Positions 25,292 through 37,800 of a DNA stretch of 64,000 nt are shown here, piece after piece. Positions within the stretch are counted from its first letter, which is position 1; each line of letters opens with the position of its first letter. The stretch comes from Strigamia acuminata. Its lineage: Eukaryota. The notes beneath the pieces are model-generated. The model ran no database searches, had not been told where the DNA came from, and saw only the letters and a program-made list of their open reading frames with translations. Made by a program: the position numbers and the translations under genes. The stretch covers positions 1,736,001-1,800,000 of the forward strand of contig OX442314.1 in NCBI GenBank assembly GCA_949358305.1. The letters are read 5' to 3'.

Positions 25292-27886
25292 TAAATAATT
25301 CAATGTTTAAAAATAAATAAATACGGAGTAAAAAATAGCTAAAATTTGTCACAGCGGGTGTCGAATCGAACGCCACGCTAAGAATTTAAAATCGCTACGA
25401 TCGAGGTCATTTTCCTCCATTTTCAAATTGAATTCGACTTCTAGAGAAGAAAACATAATTTAAAATCGCTTTCATGTATTATAATACAATTTTTAAAAAG
25501 TACTCAAACGATAATTTTGAAATTCCCAAAGTCACTTAATCGTGTTTCGTGATGTCGACATGTTCTCTTGCTACAATGGACACTTAAACAGATTTGTTGT
25601 TTAATTCTCAACATAAATTGTTACACTCAAAAACGGTGTGACGGTTATGTTAAGTTTAAGAGAAAGTTCCTCATTCGATTATGCAGTCACAAATACACAT
25701 GTTTATTCTTCTAGGCCAAATCATACATTCATTCAATATATTTCACGTATCGTTATAACAATTAGCAATGATTTGCATAACTCATGACATTATTAAAGAC
25801 TCGATTGGAAATACACAACATTCCTTCCCTATTTCCTTTTTCAGTCTGATCAAACAACGGGTCACAAATTCATTCAACGATATTCACGCAAATAATTTTA
25901 AACAATATATTTTAAAATACTTTTTTTTTAAATTTTGGTCTAACGTTTCCTTGCTTTTCTCTTTACTTCTTCTCTCGATTCTGCATCATTTCTTTAAACG
26001 ACGCTTCAGCTCTCGTATTGGTCGCTACTGGGCTCTGTTCGACCTGCGTCGGCTCGCCAGAAATTGGCGCTGGAACCATCATATCTGCCACTTGCAGTCC
26101 TCGCTTCGTGGTACGTTTGCCTGCAATCTGCTGCTTATAGTTAACCGGAATTAAATCTTCGTCGCCTTCCTCCTCCCACGATGAAGAGTCTCTGTAATTG
26201 GGGGCTAAGTTTCGGGTCGCCCTGGCTCTCCGCGGCGACGCTGACTGTGAATGATCCAGTGCTTGCAAAATACTTCCCACAAATTGCAGTCTTGGTGAAC
26301 CAGGCTGTAATAACACATTTTTACACAAAAAGATCCATTTTAAACTTTTGTATGCGTGCTAAAAATGAATATTCCGAGCGTAGTATTTAGAGGGTTCCAC
26401 ACACGACCAAATAAAAAAGCCAAACTGGATGGAAAATTTCTTTTATTTATTTTTGTGGCTCAATAAAACGTCGACTGTCGCGGCCCCAAACCGTCGAATA
26501 GGTGACTAAAATACCTTATAATTAAGTTTGGACTTGAGCGAGATTGTATAAACTGTCATAAAAATAAATATTCGAGAAGATTTAATTTGCTAATTTAAAA
26601 AAAAAAAATTTGAAAATTGCCCGCTGGCCGGCTGCTACCAATAGTGCGCATGCGCATTTACCCAGTGCTTTACTGCAGCACAACCGTTTCTTTCGAGGCG
26701 TGCTGCAGTGAAGCACCGGCGCACATTGACGCCATTTTTTTTATAGGGTTTTAATGTTAATAAAGATTTAAAAATTAAAAATTGAAAAATACCATTTTTT
26801 ATTTACTGAGTAAACATATCAATGACTTGTAAAAACCTACTGCTGCTCACTCATTATTCATAAACAAAAGAGGTCAAAAGGGGGAGTTTTAATCCCCCAC
26901 AATCCGATTACCATGTGACCAAAGGGTCAGTAAACTTGCCCAAAGTAATTTACTATGAATCTCAACAAAATTCCAGCAGTTTTTGATAAATCTCGACATT
27001 TTATTATACTAAAAACTAAATTTATTCAATAAAAATGGCGAAATATGTTTAAAAAGTGAAAAAAAAGTTTGACAAAATTAGAAAATTGTGTTTTGCAGGT
27101 GTCTTGAATCAATTTAATTACAATTTAATTCCAATTTGAAAAAATGAAAAAAATTTAAAAATAATAAAAATTGTAATTCCTAGGTGAGTAATCAACTTTT
27201 ATTTCTTCACGATTTCAAAACCCAAAACCAAATTAAACCAAAAAAAAACTTTACGAATGAGTCACGTAGCATCTTCAATTTGTCGAACGAGATCATTCAT
27301 TTCATCTTCTCAATGTTCTGGTCGATCGCTGACCCGGCTGACCCACTGAGACTTTCGCTTTTTCTGTTCTTCGTGTTACATTTGACGAAACTTTTGGAGC
27401 GGCGAGTTGAATTGACTGTCCTTTGTCTCCGTACTCCAGTACATTAAAATGGCCGCCATGAGACTTTCTTTTGAAACGTTTGGCCCGATGAAATGAATGT
27501 TTTTTTTCTTTTTAATGTACCTAAAGAGCATGGCGTCGGTTATAAACTGGTGTTCCAGAATTTGATTGAATTCCGATGAAAACTTAAGAATGTCTTTGAC
27601 CAAACAACCTGGGAAAAAAGATATTTTATACACCAGTAATTATAAGAATTTTTGATTACATTTTCTACAAGACTGAATAGGGGTCTGGTTGGTTCGAACT
27701 TCGAATATGTTTGAGAGAGTGGTAACCGTTAGGCTGTATAGGAACTCTTCAATCATTTTTTTCTGTGTTTTGCTAAATCCATTCGTCGGCTTGTAGAATT
27801 TTGAAAAATAAATTCTAAAGGAAACGCTTCCTAGTGGCAGTTTTTTCATATTTTATTTAGATTTTTTACATATTGTTTAATATTGT

Positions 27887-30800
27887 TGTGAAAATCGGAT
27901 GATTTTACGCGTGAATTATTATTCGAGTTTCATTTGTATTGTTGAATTTATATTGTTATTTTGTATTTCCATTTTTTATTTAAGATTTTGATATTTGAAT
28001 TTGTGATTTTGCCAATTTGTTATAATATGTCTTTTATTCTCATTTGTATGTTTTGACCTGTTCATTTTATTGGAATCCTAAATTGTTAATCCTTTTTAAT
28101 CCGTTTGCATTCCTCCACCTGAACACGTCATTCCCTTACCTTGCGGACGCTTGTGATTGGTTCTCCGAACTCGGGATTTGCATTTCCTTTTCCCTTTATG
28201 AATAGAATAAAATCAGTGTACTTTTGCTTTGTAAAACGTGTGGTTGTGCTTCTTTACTGCTCCGACGCCATTTTGAAACTTCAATTTAAACATCATTTGT
28301 AGCCAAGGACTTTGGAAATTGTGTGGTAAATTTGTAGGAACATTTATTTCTCTTCAAGTTTAACATTGGTGCCGAAACCCGGGAGCATTTTAAATTCCGA
28401 TTCTGGATCTAGCGAAAAGCGACCAAGAGATCGACGACACCGTACAAGCACTCGACGCACTGGAAGACCGTTTGGCCGCATCAAGAGCTGATTTAGGCAG
28501 GTACATTCAACTAAATTACACCCCTAATCTACCCCAGAACATACGACCGAACGCGGACGCGCAACCGGCGGACATCGACGCACTAGCGGCGGCCATTACC
28601 GCAGCAGTGACGGCGGCAACACCACGCGCAACACCGACGAACGGTCAAACGTTCATCAAACGTAAGCCACTCGAAATGCCGAAGTTTGACGGACGTAAAC
28701 CGGAGGAATGGGGAGGTTTTTGGAAGACATTTTCCATTCAAGTTGGCGACGACGAACAACTGGATGGAACCAACAAATTGCTATATTTGAGAAACTATTT
28801 GGTCGGCGACGCGTTAGACGATATCAAGGCACTGGAAATCACCACAGGAAACTACGAGATTGCAATTACGCGCCTGCAAAAGAAATATGGCGATAAAATC
28901 GTTCTCGAAAATAAGTATCTGTCGAATTTGTTAAACTTGCCCTCTGTCAACAGCGATCGAGACCGGATGGGTTTACAAAAACTCCACAGACACGTGGAAG
29001 TTAACATAGAAAATTTAGCCAACATTGACGTACCTTTGGCAGAAATACAGCGGACCATTTTCCCCGTGCTGTCGTCGGCTGTTCCGCGCAGTATAATCAT
29101 GGAATATGACAAAGACTGCGACGGGGAGAGGTCAATAACAAAGTTGATGGAATGGTTGAGCGACTACCTCGCCAAACACGCCAAGTATGACATGCTGAAA
29201 ACCCAATCGAAGCCAGATGCGTCTCACAACAAAACGTCGGACAACAATCCCCCCAACAAAGGACGATTTGGCCGACAAGAAAAGGAACCTCGATCGGGAT
29301 CGGCGTCGCAACTGTCAGTATTAATAATGAAATGTCAATTTTGCGATTCCACAGAACACAATCGGAAAAGATGCCCGCTCACGATGGAGGAGAGACGTAA
29401 AGGACTGCAGAAAAAAGGGATTTGCATGAGATGCTTGGGGAAAGTGCCCCACAAGACGGAAGAATGCAGAACTCGCATGAAATGCTACAACTGCGAGGGA
29501 ACACATCACACCCACGTGTGCGACACACCAAAGACTACGGAAGCCAGCGAGGGAATCACCCACACCAACGCAGTCGTCACCGCCTGTCCACCCAAGTCCG
29601 AATTTTTGATGGTGCAGATGGTGAAGATGGCTGGACCAACGCACTCAACTTTGGGAGTGTGCTATATCGATGGGGAAGCCCAACGCACATTCATACGGTC
29701 TGAATTGGTTAAAAAACTGAATTTACGAATTTTAGGAACTGAGACAATCAATTTGGCCGTGTTTGGACAAGAGCCCCGATCAGAAGTACGCAACAGAGTT
29801 GAACTAATACTCAGCCCCGCCAATTCGAAGTCGCCAGCCGTCACGATTGAAGCCATTGAAGCTGCCCACGTCACGTCCACCCCCGGAGAACAGCCGAATA
29901 AGCAACTAAAAGCAGAATTACAACGAAGAAAAATCGAAGTGGCCTGCAAGCAAGTCGCGTTACATTCGAAAGAGGTGGACTTACTAATTGGAGTGGACCA
30001 TTATTGGCGAGTGATGGCGGGACAGACCGAATTTTTGGAAGAAAACTTGATTGCCGTAAAGACGAAATTTGGTTGGACGTTACACGGACAGACCACAAAC
30101 GGAACGAGAGTCATTGCTGCACCGGTGAGAATTAATCAAATTACGCTTACTCCATCGACAGATGATCCTTTGCGCCGGATGTGGGAGCTGGAACCGATCG
30201 GAGTCCGCCACGAGTCAGTCGAAACCAACGACGACGTTGAGACGTTGAAAAAATTCGAAAAGACCATCAAGTGGACGGGATCAAATTACTACATGCCACA
30301 CAGCCCAGTAATCAAGGAGTTGGTGACTCCAGAAATAAGGGAAAAATCGAAAACTGAAGATTGGAGACACGTAGCGGGAATAGAAAATCCTGCTGACCGC
30401 CTGACGAAAGGAATGGACGCAGAAGTGATGATAACCGACTTACTTTGGTGGCAAAGACCGAATTGGCTACGCGGAAGTCGACAAGATTGGCCAAATTTGC
30501 CCACAGATCCGGTCGAAGAACATGACGACGAAATTGCGGAAATCCACGTCGAGGCGGTGCAGACAACGACAATTAATATTTTTCCGTTTGACAGGTTTGG
30601 ATTGCTGTCAAAGGCAATCCGAACGCTGGCATGGGTTTTTAGATTTGCTGACGATGCTGGAAAACAACAAACAGATGCCAGCCGACGCGATCGAGGTCCA
30701 TTGAAGGCAATCGAGCTGAAACATGCAAAGTTCAGTTTGATCAGAATTGCGCTAGCAGAAGTTTATGGCCGAGAGATCGAAAGAATGAAGGATGACAAAT

Positions 30801-32079
30801 CGGTTCATGGAGAGTCAAAATTGCGAGATCTGAATCCACAGCTAAACGAAATTGGACTGATTAAGCTACGAAATAGACTACATGAGTCGCGAGATTTGCC
30901 CACTGCTACTCAACCTTTAATTTTGCCTCCTAAACACAAACTTACAGAACTAATTTTGCAATTCTCACATTTACAGGTCCTCCATTGCGGACTGACATCC
31001 ACGCTATTCAAGTTTCGAGAAAATTACCGGACACCATCCGCAAGGAGGACCTTGAAGACGATGTGGGATCGATGCGTTGTTTGCAAGAAAATCAACGGAC
31101 AACTGATGCGGGAAGTGCCAAGTGCCCTCCCAGCCGACAGAACGTCAAAAGATCAACTGTTCGCGGTCACCGGAGTCGATTTCGCGGGACCAATAATAGC
31201 AGTTCACTTGGAATTGGTGCCCTCACTAGCAACGACAGACTTTTTGGGAACAACAGACAATCTCGAACCAACTCAGAAGCAGTTTATTCGACAATGGCGC
31301 TACCAACAACGCGTATTACTCTCATTCTGGAATCGTTGGTCTCGGGAGTATCTGACAGATTTAAAATTTCAAACGGGCAAATCAAGCGTGCGAGAACTTC
31401 AGTCGAACGACGTCGTTATAATTGAAGAGCCATTTAAACCACGTCTAAAATGGAAAATGGGTAGAGTGGTCGAAGTTAAGCGAAGTCGAGACAACAAGAT
31501 CAGATCGTGCGAACTGACACTCGCCAATGGAGAACATTTGCGTCGACCAATACAACGTCTTGTGCGTTGGAAGTGGAGTCAAACAATCCCCGCCCGGCAG
31601 TGTGAAAATCGGATGATTTTACGCGTGAATTATTATTCGAGTTTCATTTGTATTGTTGAATTTATATTGTTATTTTGTATTTCCATTTTTTATTTAAGAT
31701 TTTGATATTTGAATTTGTGATTTTGCCAATTTGTTATAATATGTCTTTTATTCTCATTTGTATGTTTTGACCTGTTCATTTTATTGGAATCCTAAATTGT
31801 TAATCCTTTTTAATCCGTTTGCATTCCTCCACCTGAACACGTCATTCCCCTACCTTGCGGACGCTTGTGATTGGTTCCCCGAACTCGGGATTTGCATTTC
31901 CTTTTCCCTTTATGAATAGAATAAAATCAGTGTACTTTTGCTTTGTAAAACGTGTGGTTGTGCTTCTTTACTGCTCCGACGCCATTTTGAAACTTCAATT
32001 TAAACATCATTTGTAGCCAAGGACTTTGGAAATTGTGTGGTAAATTTGTAGGAACATTTATTTCTCTTCAAGTTTAACA
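27887..32079 (+). mobile_element. BEL/Pao LTR retrotransposon, internally deleted (RT/RNase H and integrase core missing)
   Basis: 479-bp LTRs 27887-28365 and 31601-32079 (TG..CA, 2 mismatches seen), TSD ATTGT, PBS TGGTGCCGAAACCCGGGA (tRNA-Phe). Confidence 0.95.
28472..31705 (+). CDS. BEL/Pao polyprotein remnant: DUF1759 Gag, Zn knuckles, protease, partial RH/IN
   Basis: MPKFDG..W..FW..F, CQFC/CMRC/CYNC knuckles, YIDGEAQRTFI, WRHVAGIENPAD, GVDFAGP, FWNRWSREYL, RRPIQRL. No YxDD motif. First ATG at 28676. Confidence 0.9.
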   Translation: MAASRADLGRYIQLNYTPNLPQNIRPNADAQPADIDALAAAITAAVTAATPRATPTNGQTFIKRKPLEMPKFDGRKPEEWGGFWKTFSIQVGDDEQLDGTNKLLYLRNYLVGDALDDIKALEITTGNYEIAITRLQKKYGDKIVLENKYLSNLLNLPSVNSDRDRMGLQKLHRHVEVNIENLANIDVPLAEIQRTIFPVLSSAVPRSIIMEYDKDCDGERSITKLMEWLSDYLAKHAKYDMLKTQSKPDASHNKTSDNNPPNKGRFGRQEKEPRSGSASQLSVLIMKCQFCDSTEHNRKRCPLTMEERRKGLQKKGICMRCLGKVPHKTEECRTRMKCYNCEGTHHTHVCDTPKTTEASEGITHTNAVVTACPPKSEFLMVQMVKMAGPTHSTLGVCYIDGEAQRTFIRSELVKKLNLRILGTETINLAVFGQEPRSEVRNRVELILSPANSKSPAVTIEAIEAAHVTSTPGEQPNKQLKAELQRRKIEVACKQVALHSKEVDLLIGVDHYWRVMAGQTEFLEENLIAVKTKFGWTLHGQTTNGTRVIAAPVRINQITLTPSTDDPLRRMWELEPIGVRHESVETNDDVETLKKFEKTIKWTGSNYYMPHSPVIKELVTPEIREKSKTEDWRHVAGIENPADRLTKGMDAEVMITDLLWWQRPNWLRGSRQDWPNLPTDPVEEHDDEIAEIHVEAVQTTTINIFPFDRFGLLSKAIRTLAWVFRFADDAGKQQTDASRRDRGPLKAIELKHAKFSLIRIALAEVYGREIERMKDDKSVHGESKLRDLNPQLNEIGLIKLRNRLHESRDLPTATQPLILPPKHKLTELILQFSHLQVLHCGLTSTLFKFRENYRTPSARRTLKTMWDRCVVCKKINGQLMREVPSALPADRTSKDQLFAVTGVDFAGPIIAVHLELVPSLATTDFLGTTDNLEPTQKQFIRQWRYQQRVLLSFWNRWSREYLTDLKFQTGKSSVRELQSNDVVIIEEPFKPRLKWKMGRVVEVKRSRDNKIRSCELTLANGEHLRRPIQRLVRWKWSQTIPARQCENRMILRVNYYSSFICIVEFILLFCISIFYLRF

Positions 32080-32326
32080 ATTGTTTAATATTGTTTAATA
32101 TTGTTTAATATTGTTATATTATTTGGTCATGAAATGGATGTTTTTGGTCAAAACTTGAATGTTTTCCGAAAAAAAAAGATTGTTTTGGCCTAAATTTGAA
32201 TTTATAGTCCAAAAGATTGAATTTTGAGTCGAAAAACTGAATTTATAGTCCAAAAAATTGAATTTTTCATGTAAAAAAAATGATTTTTATTTATATTTAA
32301 ATATAAGTATTTTTATTTTAATTTGC

Positions 32327-32617
32327 AGCCAAGAGAGACGAAGAAAGTTCGAGCGCCGTTCGAATGTGAGCGGAAAATTCGGGTGAAATTAGGAAAGAAA
32401 AAAGCGCGGGAGATACGATTGGAGAAATTTGTGGAAATCTTGCGAGGCCGAGTGAATGTTGGTCGGTCGCAGTTGTTGTTGGCTGAAAAAGACGACAAAA
32501 GTGTCGGTTTGAATGGATGCTCAAAGTGAAGGAGCGACATCTGCCGATTGAGAGCCGGGAAGTGGAGAGATGGCGGCGAAACACAAAAGTCAGAGCAAAA
32601 TCGTGACGAAACTCAGC
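32327..32617 (+). pseudogene. RNF8-like exon-4 fragment
   Basis: MLKVKERHL...KHKSQSKIVTKLS matches 18095-18197; frameshifted. Confidence 0.75.
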
Positions 32618-34023
32618 CAAATGGCTAAAGGAACCCGAGGAAACGCCGTTCAACATCCCGGAGGAACAGAACGTGGACAAATACGACGAACTACTCAATG
32701 ACGTGGAGGTGGTTAGCAAAGTCGTTCGGAACAAGAGCCGGGAGGAGATCCTCGCGTATTTGGAAGCGTTCCACGCGAATCCGGACCGAGTACGCATCGT
32801 GATCGGCGAGTTGCTCGGAATGAACGGGCCGGCGCCGTTTCCTGCATCGAATGACGTTCGGAGCTCCGGAAATGATGGGGCGTCGCCTTCGGCCGAATCG
32901 ATGACGATGGAGAAAGTCAGATCGATTTTCGAGCTTTTCCCGGACGCGGATCCCGAATATCTGCGGAAATTCGTCGAGAAATGGGCAGACAATGTGAATC
33001 ACATCAACGCGACGGTCTACGGGTGGATGGACAATCGGTCTCGTCCGAAGTTGGCCGAAGCTCGAAGAGCGGCGACTAAACGGAAAATTGTGGAAAGGTT
33101 TTCTTGTAGTTTTGTGTATTTTTATAATAATACAAGAAAAGGTTTTTATTAATGTTTTTCGTTTTGCAGCGATTTCAGCGTGGAGGAGTTCTTGGAGATG
33201 TTTCCAGTCGCGGAGAACTTTTTCAACAATGATGACAAGAGTCACGACTGTTTCGTACAGTGGAACGCGTATCAAAACTGGTTCTGGCAGAACCAGTTTC
33301 GATACGCATTCCACGCCGATTAGTTGAAAGTGATGCATAAACACCATTTCTACCTCACGCCGGTCATGAAGGAGCCGTTTCCCACATTTCATTTCAAAAC
33401 ACATTCAACCCAGACATTCTCCTCTACTTTCTTCGTCTTCTTTACTCAACGTAACCCCAGAAATCATGGCAACAAGTGCAACGACCAAAAGTATGCCGAC
33501 AATACCTGCAGTAGCAACGATAAACTTCTTACTGAAACGTTTCCCAACAGACGGTGAACTAATCAATTAATCAATTAATCAATTAATAAATAATAAACCT
33601 AATCGATTTATTCGATTAATGCAGAACCGCGAGCAAAGAAGACGAAAAAGACCGTGAGGACAAAGAAGTTTCCGACTCAACGCGTGCCCATGCCGAAACA
33701 AATCGACGCCGAAAATCGGTGCCCTAACATTCAACTTGCCTTGGCCCTTCAATTTTTGGCGACCTGCACCAAGGCCCCGGCCGATAGTGCCTGCTCCAGC
33801 CCCAGGGCCGTTTCGACCTATGAGGCGAAGAGGCGGCCGCCAGGTGGCCATGCCGTGGTACGTCACTTTACCAAGGCATGGCCACCTGGCGGCCGCCTCT
33901 TCGCCTCATAGGTCGAAACGGCCCTGTCTAGCCCCCTTTCTTTTTGAACCACCTGCGTCTGACCACGATCTTTTTGGGCAACCTGCGCCGAGGCCACGTT
34001 GTCGTCGTGATCGTCGTTATTAA
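32618..34023 (+). pseudogene. RNF216-like N-terminal and C-terminal fragments lacking the RBR core
   Basis: DKYDELLNDVEVVS...ELFPDADPEYL (CUE-like); DFSVEEFLEMFP exon with frameshift and stop; MPKQID exon; Pro/Arg-rich tail. Confidence 0.8.
33803..33926. mobile_element. 124-bp palindromic hAT-type MITE
   Basis: 58-bp arms (1 mismatch), 8-nt loop, CAGGGCCG termini, 8-bp TSD TCCAGCCC/TCTAGCCC. Confidence 0.9.
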
Positions 34024-34835
34024 TTAAACAAAGCAATAATTAATTATTATTGTTTATTATTGTTCTTTGAAATACAAAGAAAATCACTTTCTGTCTTTAG
34101 CAAATAAGAATAAATTGCGAGTGAACCCGGTTGAAATTTGACAAAATTGTTTCAATAATTGTCGAGAATTCCTTAATTTCTGAGGTTCTTGAAGTTCAAC
34201 GTTTTCTTTTCTATCAATTCGGAGGACAATCTGCTGATTGCAGTTGAATTAATTCTTATGCTTAATTTGGATCAGACCCACTAATTTCACATTCAATCTC
34301 AATTAATTTTGTCACGCACCTTTTGCAAACAACAAATTGGTTAAATTTCTACATAAAAATCAAATAGTCAGAGATCAGAATCAATAACGAGCCGTTTCCA
34401 TAGAAACTAAGGCACAGTAACACTACAATCCAATCACGATGCAAGGAGTAAGTAAGAATTTCTGTCACAAATTCACAAAAATTCACTAAAAAATAAAAGA
34501 GGTTGTTACACTTAATTTAGTGTTTATTTGTAGATAAAATGACAATTTTTATTTCAATTAAACCAAACTAAACCAACACAAAACTATAGTTTACATAGAC
34601 TATGGAAATTTGTAATTGAAACAGCAAATAAAGTACCGGTAGGTTATTATTTTTATTTAATTACTAAATACCGTAGCCAAGTGTAGTGATAGACCTGGAG
34701 ACAGACTCTGACTTGACAATAATGATTTTTGCTGATACATGTTGAACTAATCTGTGTCAAAAGAAATTTTAAATGTTCTTACATGTGCTTAGCTAATATT
34801 AGTAATACTTTATTTAAACCCATTAGAGTGTAAAT

Positions 34836-37800
34836 CTACCAATCCATATCTTGATTCCGATACCAATTATAAGTTTTTAAAATCAAATTGTACAATGACA
34901 GTAGTGACATTCCCAAACCTAGTCCTACAATGCTACCGAAATCGCTTAAGAACTGAGATATTGGATATGCTTGTTTCTCTTCTACAATCTCTACAGAGCT
35001 ATCAGCAAATTGCAACAATAGAATTGTAATCTTATCTTCTTGATAATTACTTTCCCGAAAAGTACTTTTGTAAAAAATATGTTTGCAAGGTTGTTTACAT
35101 TTGCATTGTTTTTGATTCGAGTCAAGATTGCTTAAATACGTGAAATGAGCGGCAGTTACGGCACTTGTAGTGTTACATACTGGCGAATTAGGTTTTCCCA
35201 TGTACGGTAATCTGAAATCAAGAGGAGATTTCTCAAAGATGCAAATGGTTGCAGTTTATCTGCTGAAAAGGGTTAGGTGTTTTTCGAACAGATTCAATCT
35301 GGTGATGCAGCAAATGAATCTTTAATCGCTATCATGTCAAAACAAGCTTGCAAGTTTGTGTGTGGTTAATGCTAGTGTAATGACCCATTGCCAACTGATA
35401 ATTGACCGTGGAGTGGCTGATCAGTCAATGTTTAGAACAGCGAAAATGAAAATAGATGTGATAAAATTGGAGCTGATGTATGAAAAGAAATGTTAACTAC
35501 TTGTATACCTGCATTTAACACCTCGAAATACATTGTTATGCCAGCAAGCACTTTTACACTTGAGATAAGCACTTTTGGCCTCTTCACATGGATTGCGCTT
35601 TCTATTTCTTCTTAGGATCTATTTCGTAAAAGGAATCTTAATATAAGCATTGATATAATTTATTTCATTTTCTACCTGAACGTCTCGAAGTACTACTTCA
35701 ATGACAGACGTGTTGTTTACATTGTTTACGGTAAATGGTGTCAAAATGTTAACTCCCTCTTCCCGATTATTTATGAATAGCTGCGTGTTATTATAATCCA
35801 AAATATTTATATTAATAATTAATACTGTTTGTGCACAAAAAATATTTTTTCTCTTCAATTAGGAATAATTGTGTACCCGATCAAAACACAAACAATATTT
35901 ATAACTTTTTTCAGCTTTGGAGTAACCTAAAAACTTTATTTGCTTCTTTGTGCTTGAATAAATACTAAATAGACATTCTCGTTATCTTACTGTATTTAAG
36001 AATGCTGCTTAAAAAGGCACAGAGACTGACAATTTAACACAGGGGTCAGCAAGTAAATTTAAGTAGGGTCCGGATACTATTGAAAATTTTTATTGAGGTC
36101 CAGAATAAAAAAACTCATAATACTTATTAGTTTTAAATTTCTTACTAAAAACCTAAGAAAACGGTGAAAAAAACAATTAAAAACCGTACTAAAACCTAAG
36201 AAAACGGAAAAACACATAAAAACCAAATAAACACACACAACCCAAAAAATACCAATAAAACCTAAAAAACACGGAAAAAAAAAACAGGAAAAACAAGAAA
36301 AAACACAGAAAAACCAAAGAAACCGAGGGGAAAACGTCGCTAAAATGTCACCTCTAATTCCGAAAACAATATGTCGCTAAAACGGACGTCGCTACACTGA
36401 ACCTTTCCGTATTTGGCGGTCCAAGTTTCGACCTACCGCCGTCCGCCTGTTGCAGACCGCTGATTTAACACATTCCATTTTGTTTGAAAAATTTCGGTTG
36501 ATGTCGAGTGAAAATGTTTTTTTACACACCTTTAGCTGCAGATCACAAGCTTCTGAAGGAGTTCGATGTTTACTACACTCAATGTAAAGTTTGGTGGTAT
36601 TTGTGCTTGTTTTATCTGTAAGTCAGCGAAAAGGTCAGAATTAATTTTCAAATTCGTCTGCAGAAAAGCAGTTTTTACAGTTAAATAATTCCAAAAAAAA
36701 AGAAACATTAAAAAATCTCTGAATTCAAAAGTAGACTTTGAATACAACCATTAATTAACTAAAATCAGAAAATAATTTTGTAAATTACCATTCCTTATTT
36801 GTGAACAATTACCAAATGGAAGTGAAATAAAATTAGTTGATGGTACCTGTAAACATAAAACTTGTATTGTTTGGTTTTTGTTTGAGGAATATCACTTATT
36901 ATATTACATCATTCTTATTACGGGTATCAATAAACGTTAGGTCAATACTAAGTGATTCCCAGATGTTTTGCAATGACAATTTGCTGTTAAACAATTGCCA
37001 GGGTGATATGTTGCCACAAGTGTTTTTGGGTTGTTTAAGTAAGTGTAATCGAGCTTTGTGCATTTTTTCGTCCCATTTTTCACCACAAACTGTGACAGAA
37101 GGAAATTCGGTGTAACGTCGTTGACTTATTCGAATGACTGTTGTACTTGGTTCATCAAGGTAGTAATTGATACGACTGTGCAGACAATACAAAGTAAATC
37201 CTGCAACAACTAATACGAAAATTAACTTCAGCTTTTCTAAGACTGTATATATTTTGGTTTGCTCTTCAGTCTCATGAACTTTTTTTTTGCACATTTCATA
37301 CAGACGCCTAATCTTATTGATGGATCTTTTTCGGTGAATGTTTGATGCAACATAATATAAATACCAAATAATGTCAGGTAATGAGATTACGGATAGTCCA
37401 ATAAACAAGCCCAGATTGCCTCCTAAATCTGATAGTAAGGCAATAACGTCATATGAGTACCGTTCTTCATACACAGTGACCTTCTCATCAGTTAATGCTA
37501 ATGTTAAACTCATCGTTTTATTATTTTTAGCTATGCCTAAATCAGTATACGGTGTAAAAGTTAAATGTTGACAAGGACGTTGACATCCGCAATGAGCAAT
37601 TGGTTCATGAACTGTAACCAAGGACAGAACATCAGAATACGTGTATTGTGCATCATTTGCTAATTTGCAAAGTGGCAAATCTAACTTCATGGATGGAAAT
37701 CTTGTATACAAGAAATTTAATCAGCTGTTTAATTGTGATACCAAACAAGAAGCCTTTTCACTACATGTTCTTACCTGCATTTTAGCTTTTTAAATTCGTT

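Noticed and set aside
25963..27849. Exon-like ORFs on the minus strand
   Set aside because: Stops interrupt them and no family is recognisable; cannot be called without a search.
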